From: a virus | IMG/VR virus record: IMGVR_UViG_3300028794_000198 | Coordinates: 1-64,000 of that record | Strand: one strand, 5' to 3' | Length of the DNA: 64,000 nt | In this document: positions 1-7,680 of the stretch, in pieces | Position numbering within the stretch: the stretch's first letter is position 1 | Layout of the letters: each line of letters begins with the position of its first letter | Translations under genes and position numbers: made by a program | The notes under the pieces: model-generated | Told to the model about the DNA's origin: nothing | What the model saw: the letters and a program-made list of their open reading frames with translations, nothing else | Database searches by the model: none

Positions 1-142
1 ACTACTAGCGCTAGTAGCTACCTACTAGTCGCCGCCGAACTAGTAGTTGGCCCGAGCCCGCACAGCAGAGCGCCCCGCACCCGGCGGACCGGGGCGGGGC
101 TTCAACTCACGCAGCCAGCATGGGTTGGTTGATGTGACGAGC

Positions 143-406
143 CTACTGGCCGCCACCGACAACGCCGGGGCGCGACGACAGGCGGTACTCGTCGACGGGC
201 GGCGACCAGTCCATGGCGGCGATCTCCGCGTACCGGTCGCGAGCCTCCTGTAGCAGCGTCTGCGTGTGGTCGATCAGCTCGGCGCGGACCTGCTCGGGAA
301 GGTGCTCGGCGACGTTGGAGGCCAGCTCGCCGTACTTCACGATCAGGCCTTGCGTGAGGTTCAACAGTGCGCCGATACGCGGGTCCGTGTCCGCCTGAGT
401 GGTCAT
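143..406 (-). CDS. hypothetical protein
   Basis: ORF from ATG (MTTQADTDPRIG...), helical content, no recognised motif. Confidence 0.55.
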   Translation of the reverse strand: MTTQADTDPRIGALLNLTQGLIVKYGELASNVAEHLPEQVRAELIDHTQTLLQEARDRYAEIAAMDWSPPVDEYRLSSRPGVVGGGQ

Positions 407-426
407 GCCGCCAGGATCGCAGACGG

Positions 427-624
427 TCACGTCTCCTCGGGCCACTCCGTCAACGTCTCGCCCGTCTCCTCGTCGACGAGCACGATCCGGGCGCCGGGCA
501 GGCCGTGCTCGCCCACCCACGACCGGAACTGGCGTCGGGCCGTCGACTCCTTGGCCCACCATCCGTGCATCACCGGGCGGCCGTCGGTGGTCAGGGTGAG
601 GTGGTAGCGGTCCGGGGCGGTCAC
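427..624 (-). CDS. small hypothetical prophage protein
   Basis: GTG start (VTAPDRYHLTL...GWW...WP); resembles small ORFs usually found divergent from DUF6233 genes in Streptomyces prophages (recalled, not searched). Confidence 0.6.
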   Translation of the reverse strand: MTAPDRYHLTLTTDGRPVMHGWWAKESTARRQFRSWVGEHGLPGARIVLVDEETGETLTEWPEET

Positions 625-656
625 ACCCCCAGGATGCCAGCCGGCGACCCCACCCC

Positions 657-677
657 TAGACTCGAACACATGTCCGA
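657..677 (+). promoter_or_regulatory. -10 box TAGACT with overlapping LexA (SOS)-like box
   Basis: TAGACT at 657-662. TCGAAC-ACAT-GTCCGA at 662-677 is 1 mismatch from the actinobacterial consensus TCGAAC-N4-GTTCGA and covers the ATG at 670. Confidence 0.6.
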
Positions 678-996
678 CCTGACGCCTGCTGAGCGCCTCG
701 CCAAACTCCGCACCCTGGAAGCCTGGCTCGACTGGCAGCTGCGGGATACGAGGCGGAAGATCGAGCAGGCTGAGCAGCAGGCCAAAGCGACAGGCGGCTA
801 CATCACCGAGCAGGAACGCAAAGCCGGGCAGGCCGTCGGTGCCACCATCCACCTCGCCACCTGCACCCACATCGGACCGCCCGCCGCCACCCTCACCGAA
901 GCCGAAGCCCGCTTCGCCCTCGCCAAAGACAAGGGCTTCATGCACCCGTGTGAGCACTGCCGGCCCGACCGGGAACTCGGGCTCAGCGAGTACTAG
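670..996 (+). CDS. DUF6233-like protein (C-terminal H...C...CxxCRPD metal-binding motif)
   Basis: IHLATC...HPCEHCRPDRELG C-terminus after an N-terminal coiled coil; probably leaderless. Confidence 0.7.
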   Translation: MSDLTPAERLAKLRTLEAWLDWQLRDTRRKIEQAEQQAKATGGYITEQERKAGQAVGATIHLATCTHIGPPAATLTEAEARFALAKDKGFMHPCEHCRPDRELGLSEY

Positions 997-1124
997 TCGG
1001 CGCCAGTACACCAAACCCCGGCTGCCTGGACTGGGTGGCCCGTTCTGGTGAGATCCCGGGATCCGCCTCCGCGGGGCCAGGGCCCCGACGTACAGTCCTG
1101 GCTTCGGCGTCGAAGGGGGACGAA

Positions 1125-1247
1125 ATGATCGGATTGGCGATCTCGCTGGTGCGGCTGTCGCTGCGGCTCAGCTTCGGGATGATGGACATGATGGTGTGGA
1201 TGTGCACCCTCGGAAAACTCGACCCGCGGATGCGCCGCTTCGTCTGA
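1125..1247 (+). CDS. small hydrophobic peptide
   Basis: AAGGGGG RBS before ATG; 40 aa. Confidence 0.4.
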   Translation: MIGLAISLVRLSLRLSFGMMDMMVWMCTLGKLDPRMRRFV

Positions 1248-1282
1248 CGGCCTCTGTCAGACCCGGCAGCGATGATGGGCGC

Positions 1283-1468
1283 ATGACGATCACCATGAAG
1301 AGTTTCGCCCTCACCTGGACCGACACTGACGGCACCCACCGCGCGTCCGCCGTCGCCTACGACGAGCGCAGCGCCGAGCAGCGGCGAGACGGACTGGTGG
1401 CGGCGAAGGCCACGGACGTTGAGATCGTGCCGGTCAAGCCCGGGGAGCTGCCCGAGCCGAAGGCGTGA
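1283..1468 (+). CDS. hypothetical protein
   Basis: GC3-rich ORF MTITMKSFALTW...PVKPGELPEPKA. Confidence 0.6.
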   Translation: MTITMKSFALTWTDTDGTHRASAVAYDERSAEQRRDGLVAAKATDVEIVPVKPGELPEPKA

Positions 1469-1792
1469 CGCGGGAGGGATCCAGTTGCCTGGTTCCGACC
1501 TGATCCCGGCAGATGGGGCGGCACGGGGAGGTTGCCCTATCCTTCCGCCAGCGGTCGCCACCCGCCCTTCCGTGCCGCAGTCTCAGGATGGCAGAACGCG
1601 GCCGGGAAAACTCACGGGCGGTGGGGGAAAACCGAACCTCCGCCAAGACGGGGGAGCCTGGCGGAGGCGTACTCAGTGTGGCACGGGGCGGTGACAGGAC
1701 GGCAGCGTTCCGTCTACCGTGGCCGGGCGGCCTGCCTCGTTCGCAGCGACCCTTCGGGGCGTGGGGGAAACCCCGCTGGCAGGCCGCACCTC

Positions 1793-2836
1793 TCACTCCC
1801 CCTCAAGAGCCCGCATTGCTGCGGTGATCTCGTCCTGCATCTTGTATGACGGCGAGCGGTCGAGTGCCCCGGCGGCCCGGTCGTAGCGGCGAGTGGTGCG
1901 CGGGTCGGCGTGCCCCATGGCGTCCTGCACATCCGCGAGGGGGACGCCCTTGCTCAAGAGTGCCGTCGCGTAGGAGTGGCGTAGCGAGTGGGGCGACAGT
2001 TGGTCGGCATGCGGAAGACCTGCGGCCCCGGCAACGCGGCGGACGAGGCGGAAGGCGGCCGGCTCATCCATCGGTTTTCCGGTGTTGGTGACGAACAGCA
2101 GATCCTCGGGCTCCGGTTGGCCCCGCTCCGCGAGAAGCGCCTCCACCGCCTCGACGGCCATGGGCACGAGGGCGAAGCGCTTCTTGTGGTCGCGTTTCGT
2201 GATGAGGTCGATGACGCGGTGCCCCTGGTCGTGACCGAGGGCTCCGACGGGGGCGTTGAGGATCGAACCGATTCGGGCGGCGGTGACGGCGAGCATGACG
2301 AGCAAGGCGTAGGTGCGGGCCGTCTCGTGCTTTCGGGCGTAGGTGAGGAGGGCTGCCAGTTGCGCCGCCGTCATTCCTCGGGTCGGGGAGTCGTCGGCGG
2401 AGACCGAGGGCCGCTCCATGCCGAAGAACGGGTTGCGCTCGGCCGCCTCGGCGCGCACCAGGTAGGCGTACCAGCTTGATGCGGCGGCGAGTCGGCGGGC
2501 CCGGGTGGACTTCGCGAGCTCGGCCTCGGCGAGGGCGGCGGCGTACTGGTCTGCCTGGAGTGGCCGCGCGAGTGCCGGATTAGCTTCGCTGGCCGCGCAC
2601 CAGGCGAGCCACCAGGACGCGTCCTTGGCGTAGGCGGTTCGGCTGTGGAGGGACTTCCGGCGGGCGAGCCAGGTGGCGGTCGCCTCGACGACGTTGGGTG
2701 CGGCGCCGGCGTTGCGGAGGAGCGAGAGGAGGGCGTCTGGCGAAGAAGCGGGCGGGGCGCCCCGGAGGGAGAGCTGCGGGACGGCGGTCGGCTCCAGGAA
2801 CGCGGGCCGTTCGGGCACTGCGGGAAGGTCGGCCAT
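1793..2836 (-). CDS. tyrosine recombinase, XerC/Cre-like (probable resolvase)
   Basis: Catalytic R (TAARIG), K (TKRD), HxxR (HSLRH), H (GHADP) and Y (TRRY); core-binding domain STRARRLAAASSWY; no arm-binding domain apparent. Confidence 0.93.
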   Translation of the reverse strand: MADLPAVPERPAFLEPTAVPQLSLRGAPPASSPDALLSLLRNAGAAPNVVEATATWLARRKSLHSRTAYAKDASWWLAWCAASEANPALARPLQADQYAAALAEAELAKSTRARRLAAASSWYAYLVRAEAAERNPFFGMERPSVSADDSPTRGMTAAQLAALLTYARKHETARTYALLVMLAVTAARIGSILNAPVGALGHDQGHRVIDLITKRDHKKRFALVPMAVEAVEALLAERGQPEPEDLLFVTNTGKPMDEPAAFRLVRRVAGAAGLPHADQLSPHSLRHSYATALLSKGVPLADVQDAMGHADPRTTRRYDRAAGALDRSPSYKMQDEITAAMRALEGE

Positions 2837-2872
2837 CACCACAGGATAACGGTCATTATTCTGTAGTGATGG
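2833..2872. promoter_or_regulatory. loxP/dif-like recombination site
   Basis: CCATCACCACAGGATAA-CGGTCA-TTATTCTGTAGTGATGG: 17-bp inverted arms (15/17 match) around a 6-bp asymmetric spacer, with a dif-type ATAA-N6-TTAT core. Confidence 0.7.
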
Positions 2873-2940
2873 AGAACGCCGAACCTGGTCAACTGGCCGC
2901 GCTTCACCCGACGTTATGCGCTAGCCCTCACGTTCCCCAC

Positions 2941-2982
2941 GGTTGACGCATGCGCATACCTCTGCCATGGTTGACGCATGCG
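2941..2982 (+). repeat. 14-bp direct repeat GGTTGACGCATGCG (probable operator/promoter)
   Basis: Exact copies at 2941-2954 and 2969-2982; each contains TTGAC and the palindrome CGCATGCG. Confidence 0.75.
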
Positions 2983-3014
2983 GAAAACGTCCGCATCCTT
3001 CCAGGGGGAACGCC

Positions 3015-3509
3015 ATGGCGCGCATCAACGTGTACAGCTACGCAGAGGACGAGTACGACGAGACCACCCTCGCCGGATGGTTCAACCCCGACTCATCCGC
3101 GAAGTTCGACGAGGGCACGGAGTGGGACGGCAACAACCACGTCTCCGTGAACGCCGTCGGCCAGTACGGGCACCAGATGCTCTACCGGACCAAGGGGGGT
3201 CGCTGGGTCCTCTACTTCTGGTCCCAGTACCAGGGCGTCGCCGAGAAGCACGAGTTCATCGACGACAACGCAGCGAAGGACTGGCTGCTCCGCAACAACC
3301 ACGACGGCGCGATCGAGCAGTACTTCGGCAAGCTCGACGAGGAGTCCGGCCCGAGGCTCGGCGGTCGCCCGTCGATCGGCCCCAAGGTCGAGGTCCGGAT
3401 CCCCGAGGAGATCCTGACCCGCGTTGACGCCTTCAAGGGCGACCGCGAGCGGGCCGACGCGCTGCGCGACCTCATCGCCGCCGGGCTCGACGCCCTCGAA
3501 TCCGCCTGA
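3015..3509 (+). CDS. hypothetical protein with C-terminal ribbon-helix-helix (CopG-like) domain
   Basis: GRPSIGPKVEVRIPEEILTRVDAF...RADALRDLIAAGL; RBS AGGGGG. Confidence 0.8.
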   Translation: MARINVYSYAEDEYDETTLAGWFNPDSSAKFDEGTEWDGNNHVSVNAVGQYGHQMLYRTKGGRWVLYFWSQYQGVAEKHEFIDDNAAKDWLLRNNHDGAIEQYFGKLDEESGPRLGGRPSIGPKVEVRIPEEILTRVDAFKGDRERADALRDLIAAGLDALESA

Positions 3510-3604
3510 GCCCCGACCTCCCCGAACGATAGCCGCACAGCGAAACGCCCCCGCCCTCCGCGCCGCCAGATGGCAGCGAGAAGAACGGGGGCGGTGGCGT
3601 TCGG

Positions 3605-5296
3605 TCAGGCGGCGCGGTTCTCCCACGGCCAAGCCGCGTCGCGGCCAGCCTCCAGGAGCGGGATCATCCTGAAAGCGTGGTCCGTGAGCCCGCCGAAGGT
3701 GTGACGGCCCGCGCTCCCGGACGGCATGGCGCCGGGCTTGTAGCCGGCCATGTTCCACATGTAGACCGGCACGGTCGTCGGTACGAGGTCGTCGATGGCC
3801 GTCTCGCGCATGCCGCCGTAGCGCTCCATGTTGGAGGGGAGCCATCCGGGCCGGGTCTGTTCGTCGGTGACGATGACGATCCGGTTGTGGCGGAGCAGGT
3901 CGAAGTGCTGCTTGATGGCGGACGGGATGTCGGTGCCGTCGTTCCGGCTGTACTTCTCGATGAGCTTGAGGACGCTTCCGCCCTTGGGTACGTCGACGGT
4001 CTTTGAGCTGCCGCCGAACTCGACGAGCGTCGCGTTCTCTGCGCGCATCGCGAGCGCCGACCCGAAGACTGCGGCCTGTTCGGCGAGCGGGATGTCGGAG
4101 GTGTTCGGGGTGGAGAAGCCGTAGCCCGGGAACATCGACGGCGACCGGTCCACCAGGATCAGCGTCCGGCCCGACAGTCTCGGCACGTTGGCCAGCGAGT
4201 GGTTCAGGGCCTGCTCCAGTGCGTGCGCCCACCGCAGTGAGGGAGCGTGCTTGTAGGCGGCCCACCAACGGAACGGGAACATGCGGGACTTCGCCACCTG
4301 CTCTGGGTCGGCGAACCGCGCGCAGATCTGCGCGGCCACCGCGTCAGAGACTCCGGCCTCGTCGAAGTTCCTGAGGTTCCGCGCGAGCGCCATCACGCCC
4401 ATGGATGGGATGACCGCCTCCCAGGCCGCCTTGTCCATCGGCCCCTGAAGCCAGCCGGCCAGCGCCTCCCACGTCATGCCCGCCCGGCTCAGCTCACCGC
4501 TGGCGTCGACGTTCTCCGTGACGAGCTGGCGCCGCTCTTCCAGTGGGAGCGTCATGAGCCGCTGCCGGTTCAGGAGCAGCGGCAGCCTGCCGGGAATCTC
4601 CTCGTCGTTTCCGTGTCGCCGGTCGAGGGCGTGCCGGAAGAGGTGGCCCTGCCACGGCTTGTCGTCTGCGGGTGCGGCGTGGACGAGGTTGAGGACGTCG
4701 CCGAAGCGGTAGCCCTTCGAGTCGGTGTCGTACTTCAGCAGCGAGCGCTCGTTGTACAGGCGCTGTACGGCGTCGGCGATGCCGCGCTTCACCGGCTTGG
4801 GGACCTTGCGGCCGTAGCGGGATGTCCAGTAGCCGAGCAACTCCCCCGGCTCGTCGGGGCGCTGGAGGACGGCGTCGATGACGCGGCGGTTCCAACCGCC
4901 GTTCGTGGACGCGTCAGCCGCGGTCTCGCGATTCCATCCGGCGGGGTCCGTGCCCTTGTCGCCTTCGAGCCGTGCCTTCACGAACTCGGCCGCGCCGACG
5001 ATCGCCGCGGTCCGCATGTTGCCCTCACCGCGCAGCCAGCCGAGCAGGCCAACCGTCCAGGCCGGGTCTTCGACGGCGAGCTGCCGAACGAGCTGCGTGT
5101 ACCGGTCGTCGCGGTCGCCGCCCTTCTCGTAGAACGCGTCCTGGCCAACGAAGTTGGAGACGGCGAGCAGGAAGAGTTCGGAGCGCGCGTCGCGGAGATG
5201 CCCGGTGGCGCCTTCGTGGGTGACGGTCCGCTCCCCGGTGGTGGTCACGGGCGAGTGGACGGCGGAACGAGTCGAGCGCGTGTTGAAGCGAGACAC
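3605..5296 (-). CDS. TROVE-domain Ro60/Rsr-like ribonucleoprotein
   Basis: N-terminal SELFLL...FYE, ALARNLRNF, PFRW, vWA MIDAS motif DRSPS, GTDI and VTDEQ; GTG start after GAGGGG RBS. Confidence 0.95.
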   Translation of the reverse strand: MSRFNTRSTRSAVHSPVTTTGERTVTHEGATGHLRDARSELFLLAVSNFVGQDAFYEKGGDRDDRYTQLVRQLAVEDPAWTVGLLGWLRGEGNMRTAAIVGAAEFVKARLEGDKGTDPAGWNRETAADASTNGGWNRRVIDAVLQRPDEPGELLGYWTSRYGRKVPKPVKRGIADAVQRLYNERSLLKYDTDSKGYRFGDVLNLVHAAPADDKPWQGHLFRHALDRRHGNDEEIPGRLPLLLNRQRLMTLPLEERRQLVTENVDASGELSRAGMTWEALAGWLQGPMDKAAWEAVIPSMGVMALARNLRNFDEAGVSDAVAAQICARFADPEQVAKSRMFPFRWWAAYKHAPSLRWAHALEQALNHSLANVPRLSGRTLILVDRSPSMFPGYGFSTPNTSDIPLAEQAAVFGSALAMRAENATLVEFGGSSKTVDVPKGGSVLKLIEKYSRNDGTDIPSAIKQHFDLLRHNRIVIVTDEQTRPGWLPSNMERYGGMRETAIDDLVPTTVPVYMWNMAGYKPGAMPSGSAGRHTFGGLTDHAFRMIPLLEAGRDAAWPWENRAA

Positions 5297-5334
5297 AAGA
5301 AAGCCCCTCACATGGAGGGGAGGTCCAGCAGTGA

Positions 5335-5477
5335 GGTGCCCGAGATCAAGGTCGGCTGCGGAGACAAAGCGCTCTAGGCCACTGAGCTACCTCCGGTCCG
5401 CTGGACCGGTGGACGGGATTCGAACCCGCGTCTCTCTCTTAGCAGGAGAAGTATCCGCCGCCTGCGCACCGGGCACC
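5335..5477 (-). ncRNA. Y RNA, YrlA-like (tRNA-mimic domain)
   Basis: Terminal stem GGUGCCCG/CGGGCACC encloses a T arm (GCGGG-UUCGAAU-CCCGU), a closed acceptor-like stem and a D arm (GCUC-AGUGGCCUA-GAGC) in permuted order; lies directly upstream of the Ro60 gene. Confidence 0.9.
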
Positions 5478-5489
5478 CCCGATGCTGTG

Positions 5490-5558
5490 CCTCCCGAGAT
5501 CAAAGTCGGGACCGGTGTCACTTTCCAAAGAAGTAACCGGGCCCTGCGCACCGGGAGG
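5490..5558 (-). ncRNA. second, short Y RNA (YrlB-like)
   Basis: Shares CCCGGUGCGCAGG, UACUUCU and CCGAC(C/U)UUGAUCUCGGG with the first Y RNA; terminal stem CCUCCCG/CGGGAGG; no tRNA domain. Confidence 0.8.
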
Positions 5559-5626
5559 TGCATGAAGTTGTGTGACCACCATACCCACATCAACCGGTAA
5601 CACGTCCACCAGATAGAACAACACGC

Positions 5627-5655
5627 CCCACCCTCCTGCCGGAGCAGGGGGTGGG
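5627..5655. terminator. stem-loop between the lysis genes and the Y RNA/Ro60 unit
   Basis: CCCACCCTCCTGC/GCAGGGGGTGGG imperfect inverted repeat. Confidence 0.45.
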
Positions 5656-5815
5656 ACGTTGTCGTCGTGTGCGGGAGCCCATCCCGCAGGTTCGCGGTCC
5701 AGCAGCAACCAGCCTGGAGTGTGCACACCTTCAGCCGGTCACCGATGCTGCCGTTCGGGCAACCAAGGGGAGCGGCCCCAAGGTCCCTCGCCAGACGCGA
5801 GGTATTGAGATCAGG

Positions 5816-5986
5816 CTACGCCGGCTCCTCGTCGACAGGCGGGGGCGGCGGATCCGGTTCCAGGAACGGCGAGATCGACGGCTCCGGAATCGGCTGCGGG
5901 TCGAGGCGGCCCATACGCTCCAGGGAGCCGGCGTCGGCCGCGGTGTCGTCGCGGCGGGGCTCACGGGCGACGGGCGGTTCGGTCAT
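5816..5986 (-). CDS. small Pro/acidic-rich protein
   Basis: GGAG RBS; MTEPPVAREP...; last ORF of the lysis operon. Confidence 0.5.
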   Translation of the reverse strand: MTEPPVAREPRRDDTAADAGSLERMGRLDPQPIPEPSISPFLEPDPPPPPVDEEPA

Positions 5987-6000
5987 TCGCACTCCAGTTC

Positions 6001-6354
6001 TCACGCGTCGATGTTGCGGATGTAGCGTGCCGCCTGATCCGTCATCGGTTCAGCAGCCGGCGGTTCCAGTCCGGCCTTCTTGATGTGGGAGACCAGCGAC
6101 CGCACCCGGTGGAGGAGCCAGCCGATCGCCTCGTCCTGGTCGCCGATCCGCTCCCGCTGCTTCTCCGAGTCCTCTTCCTGGCGCAAGACCCGTGCCTCCA
6201 GGCGCTCAATGGCCTTGCCCTGCTGTTCGGTGATGGCGGTGAAGTCGTCGCGGCGTTCCTGCCGCTTCGTTCTCCGCGCCGACCGGGCGGAGACGACGCC
6301 GCCTGCTGCGGCGACCACCGCCATGCCCGCCTGAACCCAGGTGTCAACGCCCAT
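6001..6354 (-). CDS. lysis-cassette membrane protein (1 TM + coiled coil)
   Basis: N-terminal hydrophobic helix followed by a coiled coil; overlaps the upstream gene. Confidence 0.75.
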   Translation of the reverse strand: MGVDTWVQAGMAVVAAAGGVVSARSARRTKRQERRDDFTAITEQQGKAIERLEARVLRQEEDSEKQRERIGDQDEAIGWLLHRVRSLVSHIKKAGLEPPAAEPMTDQAARYIRNIDA

Positions 6355-6778
6355 CGTTGCTCTCGAATCTCTTGGGCCGGGGCGGTTCGCGCCATCCGGC
6401 AACGACCATCACCGGTACAGCCAGCGCGCCCCACACGGCAGCGGCCACCCACCCTCTCGGGAAGTCGCCTTGCAGCCACGACACCAGGTAGGACAGTGTC
6501 CACGGCAGGTCGATCAGCGGCAGGATCAGGAAGCCGGGCCAGTCGACGCCCTGCGGCAGCCACGCAGACGCGATGGCGATGAGTCCGGTGCCGATCCATA
6601 GCCAGCCCCATACGTGCAGCGGCAGCATCTGTGTTGCCAAGGTGAGCCCGCGCTGATCGGGCTGCGGGGCGATGATCTGCCCGTATCCGACCAGCGCCCA
6701 CACCGTTCCGTAGGAGAGGAGGATCGCGCCGCGGTGTCCGAGCTGGCGAAGCAGCCGCCGGATGATACGGCGCGGCAC
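6344..6778 (-). CDS. lysis-cassette 4-TM membrane protein
   Basis: Four hydrophobic Trp-rich segments. Confidence 0.75.
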   Translation of the reverse strand: MPRRIIRRLLRQLGHRGAILLSYGTVWALVGYGQIIAPQPDQRGLTLATQMLPLHVWGWLWIGTGLIAIASAWLPQGVDWPGFLILPLIDLPWTLSYLVSWLQGDFPRGWVAAAVWGALAVPVMVVAGWREPPRPKRFESNDGR

Positions 6779-7129
6779 TCAGGCCGCCAGGTTGAGGTCT
6801 TCGCGGGTGACGCGCGCCGTGACCTGAGTGCGGGACCACAGGCCGATGACGACGGTCACCAGCGACAGCCACAGCGCCTGGTGGTCGGCGTCCAGCTTCA
6901 GCCCGAAGCCGACTGCGGCAGCGACGAGGGCCTGCGCAAGGTTGAACACGGCCGCACCCATGGCGTCATGCGCCATGACGGCGATGGCCAGGGCGACGGC
7001 GCAGGCGGCGACCGTGTTGACGGTGGCCTGCTGTGTCTGGGTGGCGTGGAAGACGTAGGCCGAGCCGAGCTTCACCAGGATGCTGACGAAGGCCAGGACC
7101 GCAGCCGGTTCGCGTCCGAAGATCTTCAT
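6779..7129 (-). CDS. putative holin
   Basis: MKIFGREP... start and ...RTQVTA end; multiple TMs; in the lysis cassette. Confidence 0.7.
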   Translation of the reverse strand: MKIFGREPAAVLAFVSILVKLGSAYVFHATQTQQATVNTVAACAVALAIAVMAHDAMGAAVFNLAQALVAAAVGFGLKLDADHQALWLSLVTVVIGLWSRTQVTARVTREDLNLAA

Positions 7130-7680
7130 GGGGTTCTCGTTTCCTGTTCGGCGAGCCAGCGCCGGACGGTCTGGTTGTGTCTCGCGTCGGCTAGGGCGTT
7201 GTGCTCGGCGCCCTCCTGCTTCGGGAGTGCGTCCCAGGCGATGCCGAGGCGGCGGGCTTCCTGCTGGATGTCGTTGGTGAACATCGGCACCCCGGCCGGG
7301 AGCGCGATCATCGGGCCCCACAACTGGGCGAGCGCGACGTGGTCGTAGGCCCCGTAGTTCGCCCACAGTTCGACGTCCGGTCCGGCCGCGCGGATGAACT
7401 CGGCGACCTCGGAGGCGATCGTCTTCCGGTGCTTCACCCGGTGGTCGGCGTAGTGGAACAGCCAGCGTTTCGGCATGTGGATCCGCTGGTCACCGTGCCC
7501 CTTCGGGAGGCTGGGGACGACGTTCTGCATCAGCCACGGGTGCTTCCGAATGCGGCGGACGGGCATGTCGCGATTGACGGCGTCGTACTCGCGGCCGTCG
7601 TCGCACACCATGCCGATGGAGATCAGCTCGATGGTGCGGCCGTCCTCCAGGAATTCGAGATCGTAGAAGACGTCGGTCAC
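7126..7680 (-). CDS. DEDDh 3'-5' exoribonuclease, Rv2179c/RNase AS (DUF5051)-like
   Basis: FYDLEFLEDGRTIELISIG, WANYGAYDHV, HNALADARH; start and stop overlap both neighbours. Confidence 0.88.
   Translation of the reverse strand: MTDVFYDLEFLEDGRTIELISIGMVCDDGREYDAVNRDMPVRRIRKHPWLMQNVVPSLPKGHGDQRIHMPKRWLFHYADHRVKHRKTIASEVAEFIRAAGPDVELWANYGAYDHVALAQLWGPMIALPAGVPMFTNDIQQEARRLGIAWDALPKQEGAEHNALADARHNQTVRRWLAEQETRTP

Noticed and set aside
1470-1790. ORFs or ncRNA in the gap after the recombinase
   Set aside because: The ORFs are Arg/Gly/Pro-rich without RBS. The inverted repeats (e.g. CCTCCGCCA/TGGCGGAGG) are adequately explained as terminators between convergent genes.
1793-2836. Prophage integrase marking an attL/attR boundary
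   Set aside because: No arm-binding domain, no adjacent tRNA or host genes, and phage-type genes on both sides. A resolvase role fits better, although integration cannot be excluded.
5360-5452. tRNA-Ser(GCT) gene or an attachment-site tRNA fragment
   Set aside because: The arms are in permuted order (anticodon-T-acceptor-D), the acceptor end is closed by a loop, and the whole is enclosed by a stem shared with a second RNA next to Ro60. This fits a Y RNA, not a canonical tRNA.
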